Assembly (NCBI GenBank): GCA_964291315.2
Contig: OZ219753.1
Coordinates: 2,272,001 to 2,336,000 of the forward strand
DNA from: Candidatus Poribacteria bacterium
Lineage (GTDB): Bacteria; Poribacteria; WGA-4E; WGA-3G
Direction of reading: 5' to 3'
DNA length: 64,000 bases
The notes under the pieces are model-generated. The model did no database searches. It saw only the letters and a list, made by a program, of their open reading frames with translations, and was not told the DNA's origin. This document shows, one piece after another, positions 10,652 through 20,231 of the stretch. Made by a program: the position numbers and the translations under genes. Each line of letters begins with the position of its first letter. Position 1 is the first letter of the stretch.

Positions 10652-11536
10652 TTAACGGTCAGATTGCTCCTTTTGCCGTTGCTGCCACTTTTGAAAATCT
10701 CGAAGTCGTTTTTCATGTTTTTTACGTGCCTCCCCCTCCGCATCAACTGAGTTATAATAAACGTAGTTCAGGAAAGTCGTATCAGTGGAGAAAGCAGAGC
10801 GGATCCTATGAAAAAGGAGCGGATATTGGATAGCTACCCATAACAGACCATCGTCAACGTTTCCATGCTTTTCAAAGAGACCTCTTATCCTTTCCGCATC
10901 TGCTGTCAGCTGCACTTCTACCATGTTGAGAATCGGCATATTGTAATCGCGGATGATTTGTGTCATTAACCAACCAGACATCTCGACCTCCGCATTGATG
11001 CCGAATCGGGTCTCCAGCATTTTCCGGAATAGTGGGCTCCTCATAAATTTCGCTTTGCTTGGCAACTGCAAACGTATATCGTGTTCACGTATCGGTTTAT
11101 CAGCCCCTCGTTTTATAGCTCTGTCAACCCACCCATCAGTCACTTCACGGTGAACAAGAAAATGTTCGGTGTCCTCGACTTCTGCTCCTGTTTCAACCCG
11201 AAAGTGCTCAGTATAGAAAGGTAGATAATGGTCTTTGGGAGGGAGTATCTTGTTAACAGGGTCCTCAAAGTTAACGATCTCCTCAAACCCTTGAATCGCT
11301 TTTGCGTTCGGATAGGCTTCGGCAAGGAAGGCGTGATATTCGGGACTTGCAGCGAGTTTGTGAACGGTTTTCAGGTCCTTATCTAATATCTCACCGGGGA
11401 ATAGTTTTCTAAGAATATCGCTCGTTTTTTTCTCAAGGGCTGTCGGTTCGGGGATGCTATCTGTGTATTCTGCAGCATTCACAGATATACCGAGACTTAT
11501 CAAAAGGAATAGGCAAACTGTCTTTAAAACTTTCAT
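10652..11536 (-). CDS. Secreted hypothetical protein (last gene of cassette)
   Basis: 294-aa ORF with signal peptide; start overlaps upstream stop (TAATG). Confidence 0.7.
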   Translation of the reverse strand: MKVLKTVCLFLLISLGISVNAAEYTDSIPEPTALEKKTSDILRKLFPGEILDKDLKTVHKLAASPEYHAFLAEAYPNAKAIQGFEEIVNFEDPVNKILPPKDHYLPFYTEHFRVETGAEVEDTEHFLVHREVTDGWVDRAIKRGADKPIREHDIRLQLPSKAKFMRSPLFRKMLETRFGINAEVEMSGWLMTQIIRDYNMPILNMVEVQLTADAERIRGLFEKHGNVDDGLLWVAIQYPLLFHRIRSAFSTDTTFLNYVYYNSVDAEGEARKKHEKRLRDFQKWQQRQKEQSDR

Positions 11537-11852
11537 TACTTATTCTCCTTGGGAAGTTTTGACTGTCTTCTTTTTTCACGGAGTTGTGCAAGGCGTTCGC
11601 GGACTTTTTCCATGCGTTCTTTGCAACAGGGACACTCCTTCTTTTTTTCTACCGTAGCAGTTATTTGTGTGGTTTCTCTGTGGTTCTCAGAAATATCTAC
11701 GATAACCTGTGGTTTCTCTGTGGTGGGGATCTGCCCTGTTTTGGTGCTGTTCTGCTTATATCGGGGGAGTAGTTCGCGTATCCGATGCAGATTACTCCTA
11801 GTCCGATGAGGGCTATGAGACATACAGCGTAAAAGATGTGTTTGTCTTTCAT
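11536..11852 (-). pseudogene. Small membrane-anchored CxCC protein, frameshifted at the G5 run near 11763-11767
   Basis: ATG at 11852 gives MKDKHIFYAVCLIALIGLGVICIGYANYSP; the C-terminus ...KKKECPCCKERMEK... is in another frame; one extra base joins them; similar to 50640-50987. Confidence 0.65.
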
Positions 11853-11942
11853 TATTCCTTCTCCTTCTGGCGTTGGATGCGGTCTTCAATGTATGTGGCG
11901 AGCTCGGGATCAGCCTCTTTAAGCTTGCGGAGTCCCTCTTGA
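11813..11942. repeat. 130-bp exact direct repeat, copy 1
   Basis: Identical to 13075-13204 by direct comparison (offset 1262). Confidence 0.95.
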
Positions 11943-12934
11943 AGTCCGTGTTGTGTTAAAGTCCGCATGCCAGCATTAAGACGTTCGGCTGAGAAGCTTT
12001 CACGGAGAGCCGTTTCAAAATCAGCATTGGTGGGCAAGTCAGGTATATCTGCTAGAATGTCCTTTATGGGCTTTGTCTCAAGTTCTTCTATAGGGCGTGC
12101 TATCTGCTTCGGACCCGTTAAATCCTCGGTGTCTTCACGTTGCACCGCTTCGGTACCGCTGTTTTCCGTGGCAACGTCGGTGGGTTTTGGTTCAGCCGCC
12201 AAGTTAGCAGGCGTTGCGGGAGGTAAGGTATCGGTGTCTAGAGACGTAAATTCTGCGACAATACTAGCTGCGTTTTTTTGAATTTCCTGTCCCCACTCGT
12301 ATTCGCCTTCAAACCCATTGAAATATCCACGGCTCCAGATGCCATTTGCCCGGTCTGCGTTGAATATTCTCAGAACCTCTGTGACATCTCTAGAGGGGTC
12401 TTCAAGAAAGAGTTCGGCAATGTAGTGGCGCATCATGGGCTCATAATCCGCGTATTCGCCGGTTGGGAAGTATTCACGAAAGAATGTTTCCTGTACTCGT
12501 CTACCGGTATGCGGTATTCCTAGTTCCTCCAAGAGTTCCCACCAGAGGACGACGTTGAACCCGGGTTTTTCATCTTGCTTTCTGACGTATTCCAAGTGTT
12601 CGGGCGAGTCCAGAATGCGTTTCAGTTCTTCCATCCGGGGTTCACCATCTTTCCAGCCCCATCCAACACGCATTATTTCGAGACGTTCTTCTTTCGCTAT
12701 TTCTGCCCTTTCTTCTAAAGTGAGCGTTTCCTTCCGTTTTTTCCTTTCTGCTTGTGGCGGTTCATCGTCTGATTCTTCCGTTATTTTTGTCGCCTGTGAT
12801 GTTTCGACTGTGCGTGGTTCAGTTTGTGTCTTCACCGGGGCAGAGTCTCTTGGCCGGAAGGCAAACCAGCTAATAACGCAGAGTCCGATGACGATAGTGA
12901 TGATGCTAATGCTATAGACAGGTCTCATCTTCAT
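11852..12934 (-). CDS. N-terminally anchored hypothetical protein with conserved C-terminal helical motif
   Basis: Likely start MKMRPVY at 12934 (AAGGA upstream); TM segment; ends ...EGLRKLKEADPELATYIEDRIQRQKEKE. Confidence 0.75.
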   Translation of the reverse strand: MKMRPVYSISIITIVIGLCVISWFAFRPRDSAPVKTQTEPRTVETSQATKITEESDDEPPQAERKKRKETLTLEERAEIAKEERLEIMRVGWGWKDGEPRMEELKRILDSPEHLEYVRKQDEKPGFNVVLWWELLEELGIPHTGRRVQETFFREYFPTGEYADYEPMMRHYIAELFLEDPSRDVTEVLRIFNADRANGIWSRGYFNGFEGEYEWGQEIQKNAASIVAEFTSLDTDTLPPATPANLAAEPKPTDVATENSGTEAVQREDTEDLTGPKQIARPIEELETKPIKDILADIPDLPTNADFETALRESFSAERLNAGMRTLTQHGLQEGLRKLKEADPELATYIEDRIQRQKEKE

Positions 12935-12957
12935 TTTAGCTTCCTTTGAATAGAGGG

Positions 12958-12982
12958 CAGTTGTGCCCATGGGGCACAACTG
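12958..12982. promoter_or_regulatory. Perfect 11-bp inverted repeat hairpin
   Basis: cagttgtgccc-atg-gggcacaactg between the Cys-rich peptide stop and the next gene's RBS. Confidence 0.7.
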
Positions 12983-12999
12983 TTGATTTAAAGTTGGAA

Positions 13000-13074
13000 C
13001 TAATAACACTCATTGTAATATTGGTAACAAGCATTTCCTGCTTCTCTTTGTGCATCCAAGCATTCAGCTGAAGT
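13000..13074 (-). pseudogene. 3' fragment of Cys-rich small protein
   Basis: Translates TSAECLDAQREAGNACYQYYNECY*; begins exactly at the repeat boundary 13074/13075. Confidence 0.5.
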
Positions 13075-13204
13075 CTATGAGACATACAGCGTAAAAGATG
13101 TGTTTGTCTTTCATTATTCCTTCTCCTTCTGGCGTTGGATGCGGTCTTCAATGTATGTGGCGAGCTCGGGATCAGCCTCTTTAAGCTTGCGGAGTCCCTC
13201 TTGA
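13075..13204. repeat. 130-bp exact direct repeat, copy 2
   Basis: Identical to 11813-11942. Confidence 0.95.
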
Positions 13205-14196
13205 GGTCCGTATTGATTCAATGTCTTCATAGCACGGTTGAAACGATCGGGTGAAAACTGAGCCCGGAGAGCCTTTTCAAGGCTTTTGTGGATTCGTAAC
13301 TCGGGAGACTCGGGAACTGGAGACGTTAGCGTATCAACGCCTCCCTGCTGCGTAGGGACATCATCGCTGATTGTCTTTTCAACCGGTGAAGGGGTGTCTG
13401 GAAGCGAACGAGTGACCACAGGTGTTTGCCGGTCCCCTGGTAGTAATTTCATTTCCGATTGGGGGCGCTCCGATCCTATGGAATCGTTGATGCGGGCAGC
13501 GGGGCCTTTCTCCTCGGCGGCCAAATACTTTTCCCGCTCGGCTATACGTATCTCTTCAAAGGTCAAACTAGTCCAATCTTGAGAGGAAGGAGGCAGAGAA
13601 CCAAACTTTTTTTCTACCCACGAGAGATACTTCTCGTCTGATAAAAGCTCTATCAAAACAGAAGAGTTACGACGCAGAGAGTATTCCTCTTCCTTATGGT
13701 GTTGATGTTTAAGGATCGCGTCTCTCATCATGGATCGGATAATAGGTTCATTCTCATCAACTGTTCCCCTCGGGAAGTGTTTGCGATATAGGCGATCCCT
13801 TACCGCTAGCACCTCTGGGGTTTCTTGAAAAAAACCGAAACTTTTGCTTTTTTCAAACCACTCATCGGAGGACGGCATGTTATCGAAAAATGCACGACCT
13901 TCTTCGGATTCTACATACATCAACCACCGTTGGAACTTGGGATCGTCGATCTCCTTGGTAATTTCCTTGATAGTCTCAATCATAAAGTCACTCGGTCTCT
14001 CATGAGGGTGGGGGTGTGAGGTATCCTCGGCATGGATGTGAGGATCCCCCTGGTGTGGAGCTTCAGGACGACTCGGCCCCGTTTCATGCGTTTGCATTGT
14101 CTTCTCTGATGCTGTTCGTCTATGGAAAAACCGAAGCACGCTAATGAAGAGAACAACACTGATAGGGAGAAACAGACAAATTTTCACGACTTTCAT
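13114..14196 (-). CDS. N-terminally anchored hypothetical protein, paralog of 11852-12934
   Basis: TM N-terminus, His-rich linker, same C-terminal ~29 aa as its neighbour. Confidence 0.78.
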   Translation of the reverse strand: MKVVKICLFLPISVVLFISVLRFFHRRTASEKTMQTHETGPSRPEAPHQGDPHIHAEDTSHPHPHERPSDFMIETIKEITKEIDDPKFQRWLMYVESEEGRAFFDNMPSSDEWFEKSKSFGFFQETPEVLAVRDRLYRKHFPRGTVDENEPIIRSMMRDAILKHQHHKEEEYSLRRNSSVLIELLSDEKYLSWVEKKFGSLPPSSQDWTSLTFEEIRIAEREKYLAAEEKGPAARINDSIGSERPQSEMKLLPGDRQTPVVTRSLPDTPSPVEKTISDDVPTQQGGVDTLTSPVPESPELRIHKSLEKALRAQFSPDRFNRAMKTLNQYGPQEGLRKLKEADPELATYIEDRIQRQKEKE

Positions 14197-14332
14197 TTGA
14201 CAGTACCTCTCGCCTCTAAATAAAGAGAAATCTTGAGTATAAGAAAGTCTAACTCTTTCACTTTCTGTTATCCAATGGAGCTACCGACGCTTTTCGGACC
14301 TTAATCTTCTTTCAAACTTAAACTTCTTTAAA

Positions 14333-14361
14333 AGTATAATACATTTTCTATTGTTTGTCAA
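14333..14361 (-). promoter_or_regulatory. Sigma70-like promoter for the cassette operon
   Basis: TTGACA-17-TATACT on minus strand. Confidence 0.65.
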
Positions 14362-14502
14362 ATTTATTTTAACAACAGTACGAGATGAGGGGTGACACCC
14401 AACCCAGAGGTTTGGCAGGCCCCCTTTTGTGGCATCACCTGTTCGATTCTGCAAGGGAGCTCTCTGTTTAAAGATTGAACCATTTATCAAGTTCGCGTTA
14501 GG

Positions 14503-15273
14503 TTAAATATTTGAACGCGACTGGCACCCATCAACGTTCACACAGGCGCCCGTTACAAGACTCGCCCGCTCCGATGAAAGAAAAACGACGACATTCGCAA
14601 CTTCTTCCGGTTTCCCAAATCTACCGAGCGGCATATCGCTTTTCACGAAAGCCTCCATCTTTTCTGGATCCGCTGCTATCCGGCGCGCCCAACCGCCTCC
14701 TGGAAAGAGTATAGAACCCGGGGCAACACTATTGACGCGGATATTGTCCGGTGCGAGCTCTTTTGCCAACGACTTTGTCATGCTAATCTCAGCCGCTTTT
14801 GCTGCGTTATACGTGATATGTCCGCCGCCTTCTCTGCCGTAAATGGAGGTAATCATCAGAATCGAACCACCGCCCTGCTTTTTCATCTCGGGGATTACCA
14901 GCCGATTAACACGTGTCGCTGAAACCAAATTCAGATCGAGGATCTCATGCCATTCAGTATCTGAAATATCTTCCAGCGGGGTCCAACGACTCCCACCGAC
15001 ATTGTTCACAACGACATCGATCCTGCCGTAAGTTTCCACCGTTTCGTGGATAAACGCCTCAACTTGAGACGTATCTGTGACATCTGTGAGTTTAGCAAAA
15101 ACGCGAGCACCTTTTGCCGTGAGCTCCTCTGTTACACTTTGCAGTGTGGCTTCGGTTCTGCCACAGATGCTCAGGCGTGCCCCCTCATCGGCAAACCCGT
15201 GCGCGATAGCACGTCCAATCCCGCGGCTTGCACCTGTGATGACGACAACGCTCTCTTTTAATCCTAAGTTCAT
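14503..15273 (-). CDS. SDR family oxidoreductase
   Basis: TGASRGIG, NNVG, YNAAK. Confidence 0.92.
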   Translation of the reverse strand: MNLGLKESVVVITGASRGIGRAIAHGFADEGARLSICGRTEATLQSVTEELTAKGARVFAKLTDVTDTSQVEAFIHETVETYGRIDVVVNNVGGSRWTPLEDISDTEWHEILDLNLVSATRVNRLVIPEMKKQGGGSILMITSIYGREGGGHITYNAAKAAEISMTKSLAKELAPDNIRVNSVAPGSILFPGGGWARRIAADPEKMEAFVKSDMPLGRFGKPEEVANVVVFLSSERASLVTGACVNVDGCQSRSNI

Positions 15274-15540
15274 TAGAATCCCTCATTCTTTTGTACGGAA
15301 TACCATTTCTAAAAATTCACGTTACCAATTTCATTAAATAGCGTGTAGCACAACCGAACAGGGTATGCTCCAGTTAAAAAATACATCCATCAGAATAGGT
15401 TCACTTGAAAGCGACCTCTCATGAAGTACATCGCTATTATTATAGTTGAGGTCCCCTGGCATGTCAACCGAATAATTATGGAATGCGGTACGACTCCAAA
15501 TAGCTCTTATCTAACAACCGATAGCCACACGAAAACGCCC

Positions 15541-15569
15541 TTGACAATCTAAAAAGGTTATGGTAAAAT
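15541..15569 (+). promoter_or_regulatory. Sigma70-like promoter
   Basis: TTGACA-17-TAAAAT with TG extension. Confidence 0.65.
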
Positions 15570-15627
15570 ATAATATATTAAGCATATCAGAAAGGTTTTG
15601 CCTGTAACGGAAAAATAGGAAGAAATT

Positions 15628-16086
15628 ATGGCGTACTATATCACTGACGAGTGCATCGGGTGTATGGCATGTTTAACCAACTGCCCGGTTGATGCGATTA
15701 CCGGCGACAGAAACATGCTGCACATCATCGATCCAGACATTTGCATTGACTGCAGCGCCTGCGGGATGGTCTGCCCCGTTGAGGCCATTCGTGATCAATT
15801 CGGTGAAGTGTGTAAGTTCATACGTAGACCGACACATCGCCCCATTGCCGTTATCTACGAAGAGCTCTGCTCAGGATGTGACTTCTGTGTCCATATCTGC
15901 CCATGGGAGTGTCTCGAACTTAAGGACCCCGAAACAGGAGAACATGCCGAGAGCTTCTTCGGCATCTGTGAATTGGTGAAACCCAAGGATTGTGTCGGCT
16001 GCAAGTTGTGTGAAGAAGTCTGTATCAAAGACGCTATCCGCATCGAATCGCCTGTCCTTGTAGAACTAGCGGAAGCTGCAGACTAA
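15628..16086 (+). CDS. Polyferredoxin-like 4Fe-4S protein
   Basis: Four CxxCxxCxxxC motifs. Confidence 0.9.
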   Translation: MAYYITDECIGCMACLTNCPVDAITGDRNMLHIIDPDICIDCSACGMVCPVEAIRDQFGEVCKFIRRPTHRPIAVIYEELCSGCDFCVHICPWECLELKDPETGEHAESFFGICELVKPKDCVGCKLCEEVCIKDAIRIESPVLVELAEAAD

Positions 16087-16221
16087 CCTTCTCAAGATTG
16101 AACATAGAGAGGGTTGTGACAATAACGGGAATTTCATCGGGAAAACCTAAACCCTATCGCACCTGTTTATTAGAAACCCGCGTGGCCGACGTTCGCACCT
16201 GTCAAAAACAACCGTTAAAAA

Positions 16222-16869
16222 ATGGCGAACACACATCTTTATAAATCAAACCTCGTTATCGTCATTTCCGGACCGTCCGGATCAGGGAAAAGTACTGTTA
16301 TCAATGCTCTCTGCAAAGCAGATCAAACGCTACAGCTATCTGTCTCTGCAACAACCCGAGAGCCTCGTCCTGGGGAAGTAAATGGGCTTCATTACCATTT
16401 TTTGCCCAGGACGGAATTTGAAAATTATATCCGACAAGACAAATTTTTAGAGTGGGCAGAATACGGTGGCAATCTCTACGGCACCCTTAACTCTGAAATA
16501 ACCGCAGCGCGCAAAGCAGAAAAAGACACTCTCTTAGAGATAGAGGTCGAAGGATCCCTGCAAATCCGAGCACGAGACCTTTTTCCATCAAGAAGTTTCC
16601 TTATTTTTCTGCTACCGCCTTCCTTTACTATATTGGAGAAACGTCTCCGCTACAGGCAAACAGAATCCGAGAAAGAACTAAAACAACGTTTGGACATCGC
16701 GAAATCCGAAATCCTCCAAATTCAGCACTACGATTATTGTGTGAGCAATCCCGAAAACAGTACCCAGCAAGCGGTTAAACAGATTCAGGCCATCATTACC
16801 GCCGAACGTTCCCGGGTTGATGACAAATTGATGAAAACAATCATCCCTCGGTTCAATGTTGATGCATAG
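16222..16869 (+). CDS. gmk: Guanylate kinase
   Basis: SGPSGSGKST, SATTREPRPGE, FLEWAE, YGT. Confidence 0.95.
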   Translation: MANTHLYKSNLVIVISGPSGSGKSTVINALCKADQTLQLSVSATTREPRPGEVNGLHYHFLPRTEFENYIRQDKFLEWAEYGGNLYGTLNSEITAARKAEKDTLLEIEVEGSLQIRARDLFPSRSFLIFLLPPSFTILEKRLRYRQTESEKELKQRLDIAKSEILQIQHYDYCVSNPENSTQQAVKQIQAIITAERSRVDDKLMKTIIPRFNVDA

Positions 16870-16877
16870 ATGTAAGT

Positions 16878-18155
16878 ATGGAATTCAAAGATAGGACCAT
16901 CATTTTAGGTGTCACAGGCGGCATCGCCATCCATAAATCACTTGAGATAGCAAGCCAACTCATCAAGAGCGATGCCGCCCTTCATGTCGTGATGACGCAG
17001 AACGCAGCGCGTCTCGTGCAGCCCTTGCAATTTCAGGTTATCTCACGAAACCCAGTTCTTCTGAACCTATTTGACGCGGGTACAGACTGGAAACCGCCGC
17101 ACATCGATCTCGCCGACCGCGCGGAGCTGCTGGCCATCGTTCCTGCAACAGCAAACCTTATCGGCAAACTCGCAAACGGCATCGCCGATGACGCATTGTC
17201 CACCGTGGCCGTTTCTGTTCACTGTCCAATCCTGATCGCCCCCGCAATGAATGGACACATGTATCATAACCCTTTCGTTCAGGAGAACATAGACAGGTTG
17301 AAAACACACGGATTTCACTTCGTTGAACCCGCAAGCGGGGATCTGGCATGCGGCTATGAAGGCATAGGACGCTTGAATACAGTAGAAACAATCGTCCAAC
17401 GCATCGGTGATATACTCTCTATGCCAAGAATAGACACAACAACGAAAAAAGCAGAAGATATGAAAGGGACACGCGTCCTTGTCACAGCAGGGGCAACGCG
17501 CGAATACATCGACCCTGTCCGATTTATCACTAACCCTTCCAGCGGCAAGATGGGGTACGCCATCGCTGAGGCAGCTGCGTCCCGTGGTGCGGAGGTATGT
17601 CTAGTTAGCGGCAATGCTACTGTTGCCCCGCCCATCGGCATTGAGATCCGACATGTCGAAACAACGCTTGATATGCATCACGCTGTTTTGCAAGTGTTCC
17701 CCGAAGTGGACATCGTCATTATGGCGGGGGCACCTACCGACTACCGACCCCGCGATTTCGCCCCCCACAAAATCAAAAAGTCCACCGATCCACTGATACT
17801 CTCCCTCGAAAGGAACCCAGACATAGCCGAAACGCTTGGCGAACAGAAAACGCACCAAACTCTCGTCTGTTTTGCTGCAGAAACGGAAGAGCTTCTTGAG
17901 AACGCAAAAAAGAAATTAATACATAAGAACTGTGACCTTATTGTCGCGAACGACATACTTGAAGTAGGCGCTGGATTTCAATCTGATACCAATATCGTTA
18001 CCCTGTTGGATAGACACAGTACCTATGAACAATTACCACGCGCTCCGAAACGCGATATAGCGGACGCGATCCTGACAAAGGTCGTTGCTATCCGCAACAG
18101 TCGGAAAGCGGGTTTACAAGCCCTCCTACAAGATGAATCCACAGCAGGTCCGTGA
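16878..18155 (+). CDS. coaBC: Bifunctional phosphopantothenoylcysteine decarboxylase / phosphopantothenate-cysteine ligase
   Basis: GVTGGIA, PATAN, APAMN, LACG, TAGATREYIDPVRFITNPSSGKMG. Confidence 0.95.
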   Translation: MEFKDRTIILGVTGGIAIHKSLEIASQLIKSDAALHVVMTQNAARLVQPLQFQVISRNPVLLNLFDAGTDWKPPHIDLADRAELLAIVPATANLIGKLANGIADDALSTVAVSVHCPILIAPAMNGHMYHNPFVQENIDRLKTHGFHFVEPASGDLACGYEGIGRLNTVETIVQRIGDILSMPRIDTTTKKAEDMKGTRVLVTAGATREYIDPVRFITNPSSGKMGYAIAEAAASRGAEVCLVSGNATVAPPIGIEIRHVETTLDMHHAVLQVFPEVDIVIMAGAPTDYRPRDFAPHKIKKSTDPLILSLERNPDIAETLGEQKTHQTLVCFAAETEELLENAKKKLIHKNCDLIVANDILEVGAGFQSDTNIVTLLDRHSTYEQLPRAPKRDIADAILTKVVAIRNSRKAGLQALLQDESTAGP

Positions 18156-18978
18156 TTTTTTTCTCTTCAATCATGCACGCCCCAAAAAGCAATTAGGGCA
18201 AAATTTCCTTGTTAACCCAGAAGTTCTCAATATTATTCTCGAAGCTGCGGAACTCAGAAACAACGATACCGTCATAGAGATCGGAGCGGGGTTAGGGTAT
18301 CTCACTGATACTTTGGCGCGATATGTCAAACGTATAATTGCTATTGAAATAGATGAGCTATTATACAATGCCTTAGCATCGCAATTCTCCATAGACCCAC
18401 ACGTTCAACTCCTCAATGCAGACATCCTCAAACTGGAGCTTAACTCACTCCTTGAATCCAAAAATACATCACACGCCTACAAAGTCATCGCAAATCTGCC
18501 CTACCATATCACAACACCGATCTTATGGAAACTTCTTTCGCATCGGCAACAGATTCATAGCTGTGTCCTAATGATGCAGAAGGAAGTAGCCGAAAGGATT
18601 ATCGCGGCCCCGGGTGGCAAAGACTATGGGGCCCTGACAATTGGTGTTGCCTATCACGCTGAAACGAGGCTAATAGCTGCTCTGTCGCCAGAGAACTTCT
18701 ATCCATCACCGAAGGTAGATTCCGCTCTTCTAAAACTAACGATGCGTGAAAGTTCAAAGGTTAGCATCGAAAATGAAAATCTATTTTTTAAAATAATTCG
18801 AACAGCCTTCAGGGCGCGGCGAAAGATGCTAAAGAATGCATTGGTCAGCGGCAGATTCGTGTCAGCAGCGGCATTGGCGGCAGCATTTGAGGCAACGGGG
18901 ATAGCTCCTGAGCGGCGCGCTGAAACATTAGACATCGCGGAATACGCAGCCCTTACTAATTTTTTGTCTCAGTGTTAG
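18133..18978 (+). CDS. rsmA: 16S rRNA adenine dimethyltransferase
   Basis: KKQLGQNFL, EIGAGLG, ANLPY, QKEVAERI, PKVDSA; likely ATG at 18133. Confidence 0.95.
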   Translation: MNPQQVRDFFLFNHARPKKQLGQNFLVNPEVLNIILEAAELRNNDTVIEIGAGLGYLTDTLARYVKRIIAIEIDELLYNALASQFSIDPHVQLLNADILKLELNSLLESKNTSHAYKVIANLPYHITTPILWKLLSHRQQIHSCVLMMQKEVAERIIAAPGGKDYGALTIGVAYHAETRLIAALSPENFYPSPKVDSALLKLTMRESSKVSIENENLFFKIIRTAFRARRKMLKNALVSGRFVSAAALAAAFEATGIAPERRAETLDIAEYAALTNFLSQC

Positions 18979-19023
18979 GTGTTTTTATCGCTACCCACGA
19001 GTTTGGAATTTCCGCCTCTGGAA

Positions 19024-19812
19024 TTACAAACGGATGTCTATGTCTAGCAGCTGCCAATACACAATCTTCCAATCTGGTCCTTCGCGGCGGAACTCACATT
19101 TACAACCGGATCTGATTTCTCTCAAGTCTTCTTCCGCACCTCTTCTAGCATCTACATCAAGGCGAACGGTTACTGCCGCTTTTCTAGCATGTGTTACGTC
19201 CATTTGTACATCCTTGAAAACGAATTGAAGAAAGGTGTATTCCTCAAAGAGTTTTTTCATCGCCGGATCGACATCCGCATAATTTTCAGGAATAATACCT
19301 GATGCCACCCCGAAAAGGGTCGCATCATCACTTGCAGCGACGTATGTTTCCGAGAAGTGTGCCTTAATCGCTTCCATGTTTTTTGCGTCTAGGGACTCAA
19401 GAAGACCGGAAAAACGGTCAAAAAATTCCTGCATCTCTAACATTGGATCCCTCAGCGGTGTTAACGCAATATTCACCGTCACACGTTGCTGTTTAATAGT
19501 AAAATTTTGGCTATGAGGTTTGTAATCCGGATCTTCCACAATCAGGTTATAGGTATCTCCATAAAGCACATTTTGAAAAGTGTAAACCCCATCCAAGCCA
19601 GTTTGAATCGATTGTCCAAGCAGCCTTACAGTTACCCCAGGAATGGGATTTCCTGTTCCAGCATCAGTGATGGACCCAGAAGCTGTACCGTATTCAAGTG
19701 CTACTGATTCCTCGGGTTTAGGTTCAATCTCAAGTGCTTCTTCTGCTTGGCCGCATGCAAAAATGGGTATTAGTAGTAACAGAAATAAAATGTTTGTTTT
19801 GCGTGTCATCAT
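19024..19812 (-). CDS. Lipoprotein with carboxypeptidase-regulatory-like domain and NTF2-like C-terminus
   Basis: Lipobox IFAC; GSITDAGTGNPIPGVTV...DGVYTF. Confidence 0.7.
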   Translation of the reverse strand: MMTRKTNILFLLLLIPIFACGQAEEALEIEPKPEESVALEYGTASGSITDAGTGNPIPGVTVRLLGQSIQTGLDGVYTFQNVLYGDTYNLIVEDPDYKPHSQNFTIKQQRVTVNIALTPLRDPMLEMQEFFDRFSGLLESLDAKNMEAIKAHFSETYVAASDDATLFGVASGIIPENYADVDPAMKKLFEEYTFLQFVFKDVQMDVTHARKAAVTVRLDVDARRGAEEDLREIRSGCKCEFRREGPDWKIVYWQLLDIDIRL

Positions 19813-20044
19813 CTGTTTATCATCCTTTTTTGTTACTTAGCCATTACCTTACTTGTAATCATTTAATCATTCAACAAATTTTCCAATTGTTTTTGACGCT
19901 GCAGTTTTGTGAAGAAAAAAATGAACGACTATAGTAAATTATATAAATAATTTTACATATTACCGCATGTACGTTAGTCTTTATACTTATGAGATACTCA
20001 ACATTCATACACAAATCCTACCGCAAAACGTCTCTCACTTTTCC

Positions 20045-20230
20045 GATCCCTACCGTCGCTGAATGAGCCAAACACCTCATGGGTTTTCCAACTGGCATCT
20101 TTTAAGCCGATGCCCGGTGAAAAAAGCGGAGTATCAGCAGACGCTCCGCGGGGAGAACGTGTTACGGCGATGTGCTCGGGTCTTCCCTATAAAAGTAGTT
20201 CTTTAATTGAGGCACGGCTGGACGGAATCC
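20045..20230. ncRNA. Structured intergenic RNA candidate (6S-like or attenuator)
   Basis: End-to-end pairings plus three internal hairpins; ~185 nt; family not confirmed. Confidence 0.35.
20120..20149 (-). terminator. Rho-independent terminator candidate
   Basis: Minus strand GCGGAG-loop-CTCCGC followed by T6. Confidence 0.55.
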
Positions 20231-20231
20231 A

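Noticed and set aside
11813-13204. 130-bp repeat as DGR template/variable repeat pair
   Set aside because: Copies are identical with no adenine-specific mismatches, and no reverse transcriptase is present in the window
20053-20230. c-di-AMP or cobalamin riboswitch
   Set aside because: Only isolated short matches (CGCTGAAT, CCGGTGAAAA); core consensus absent
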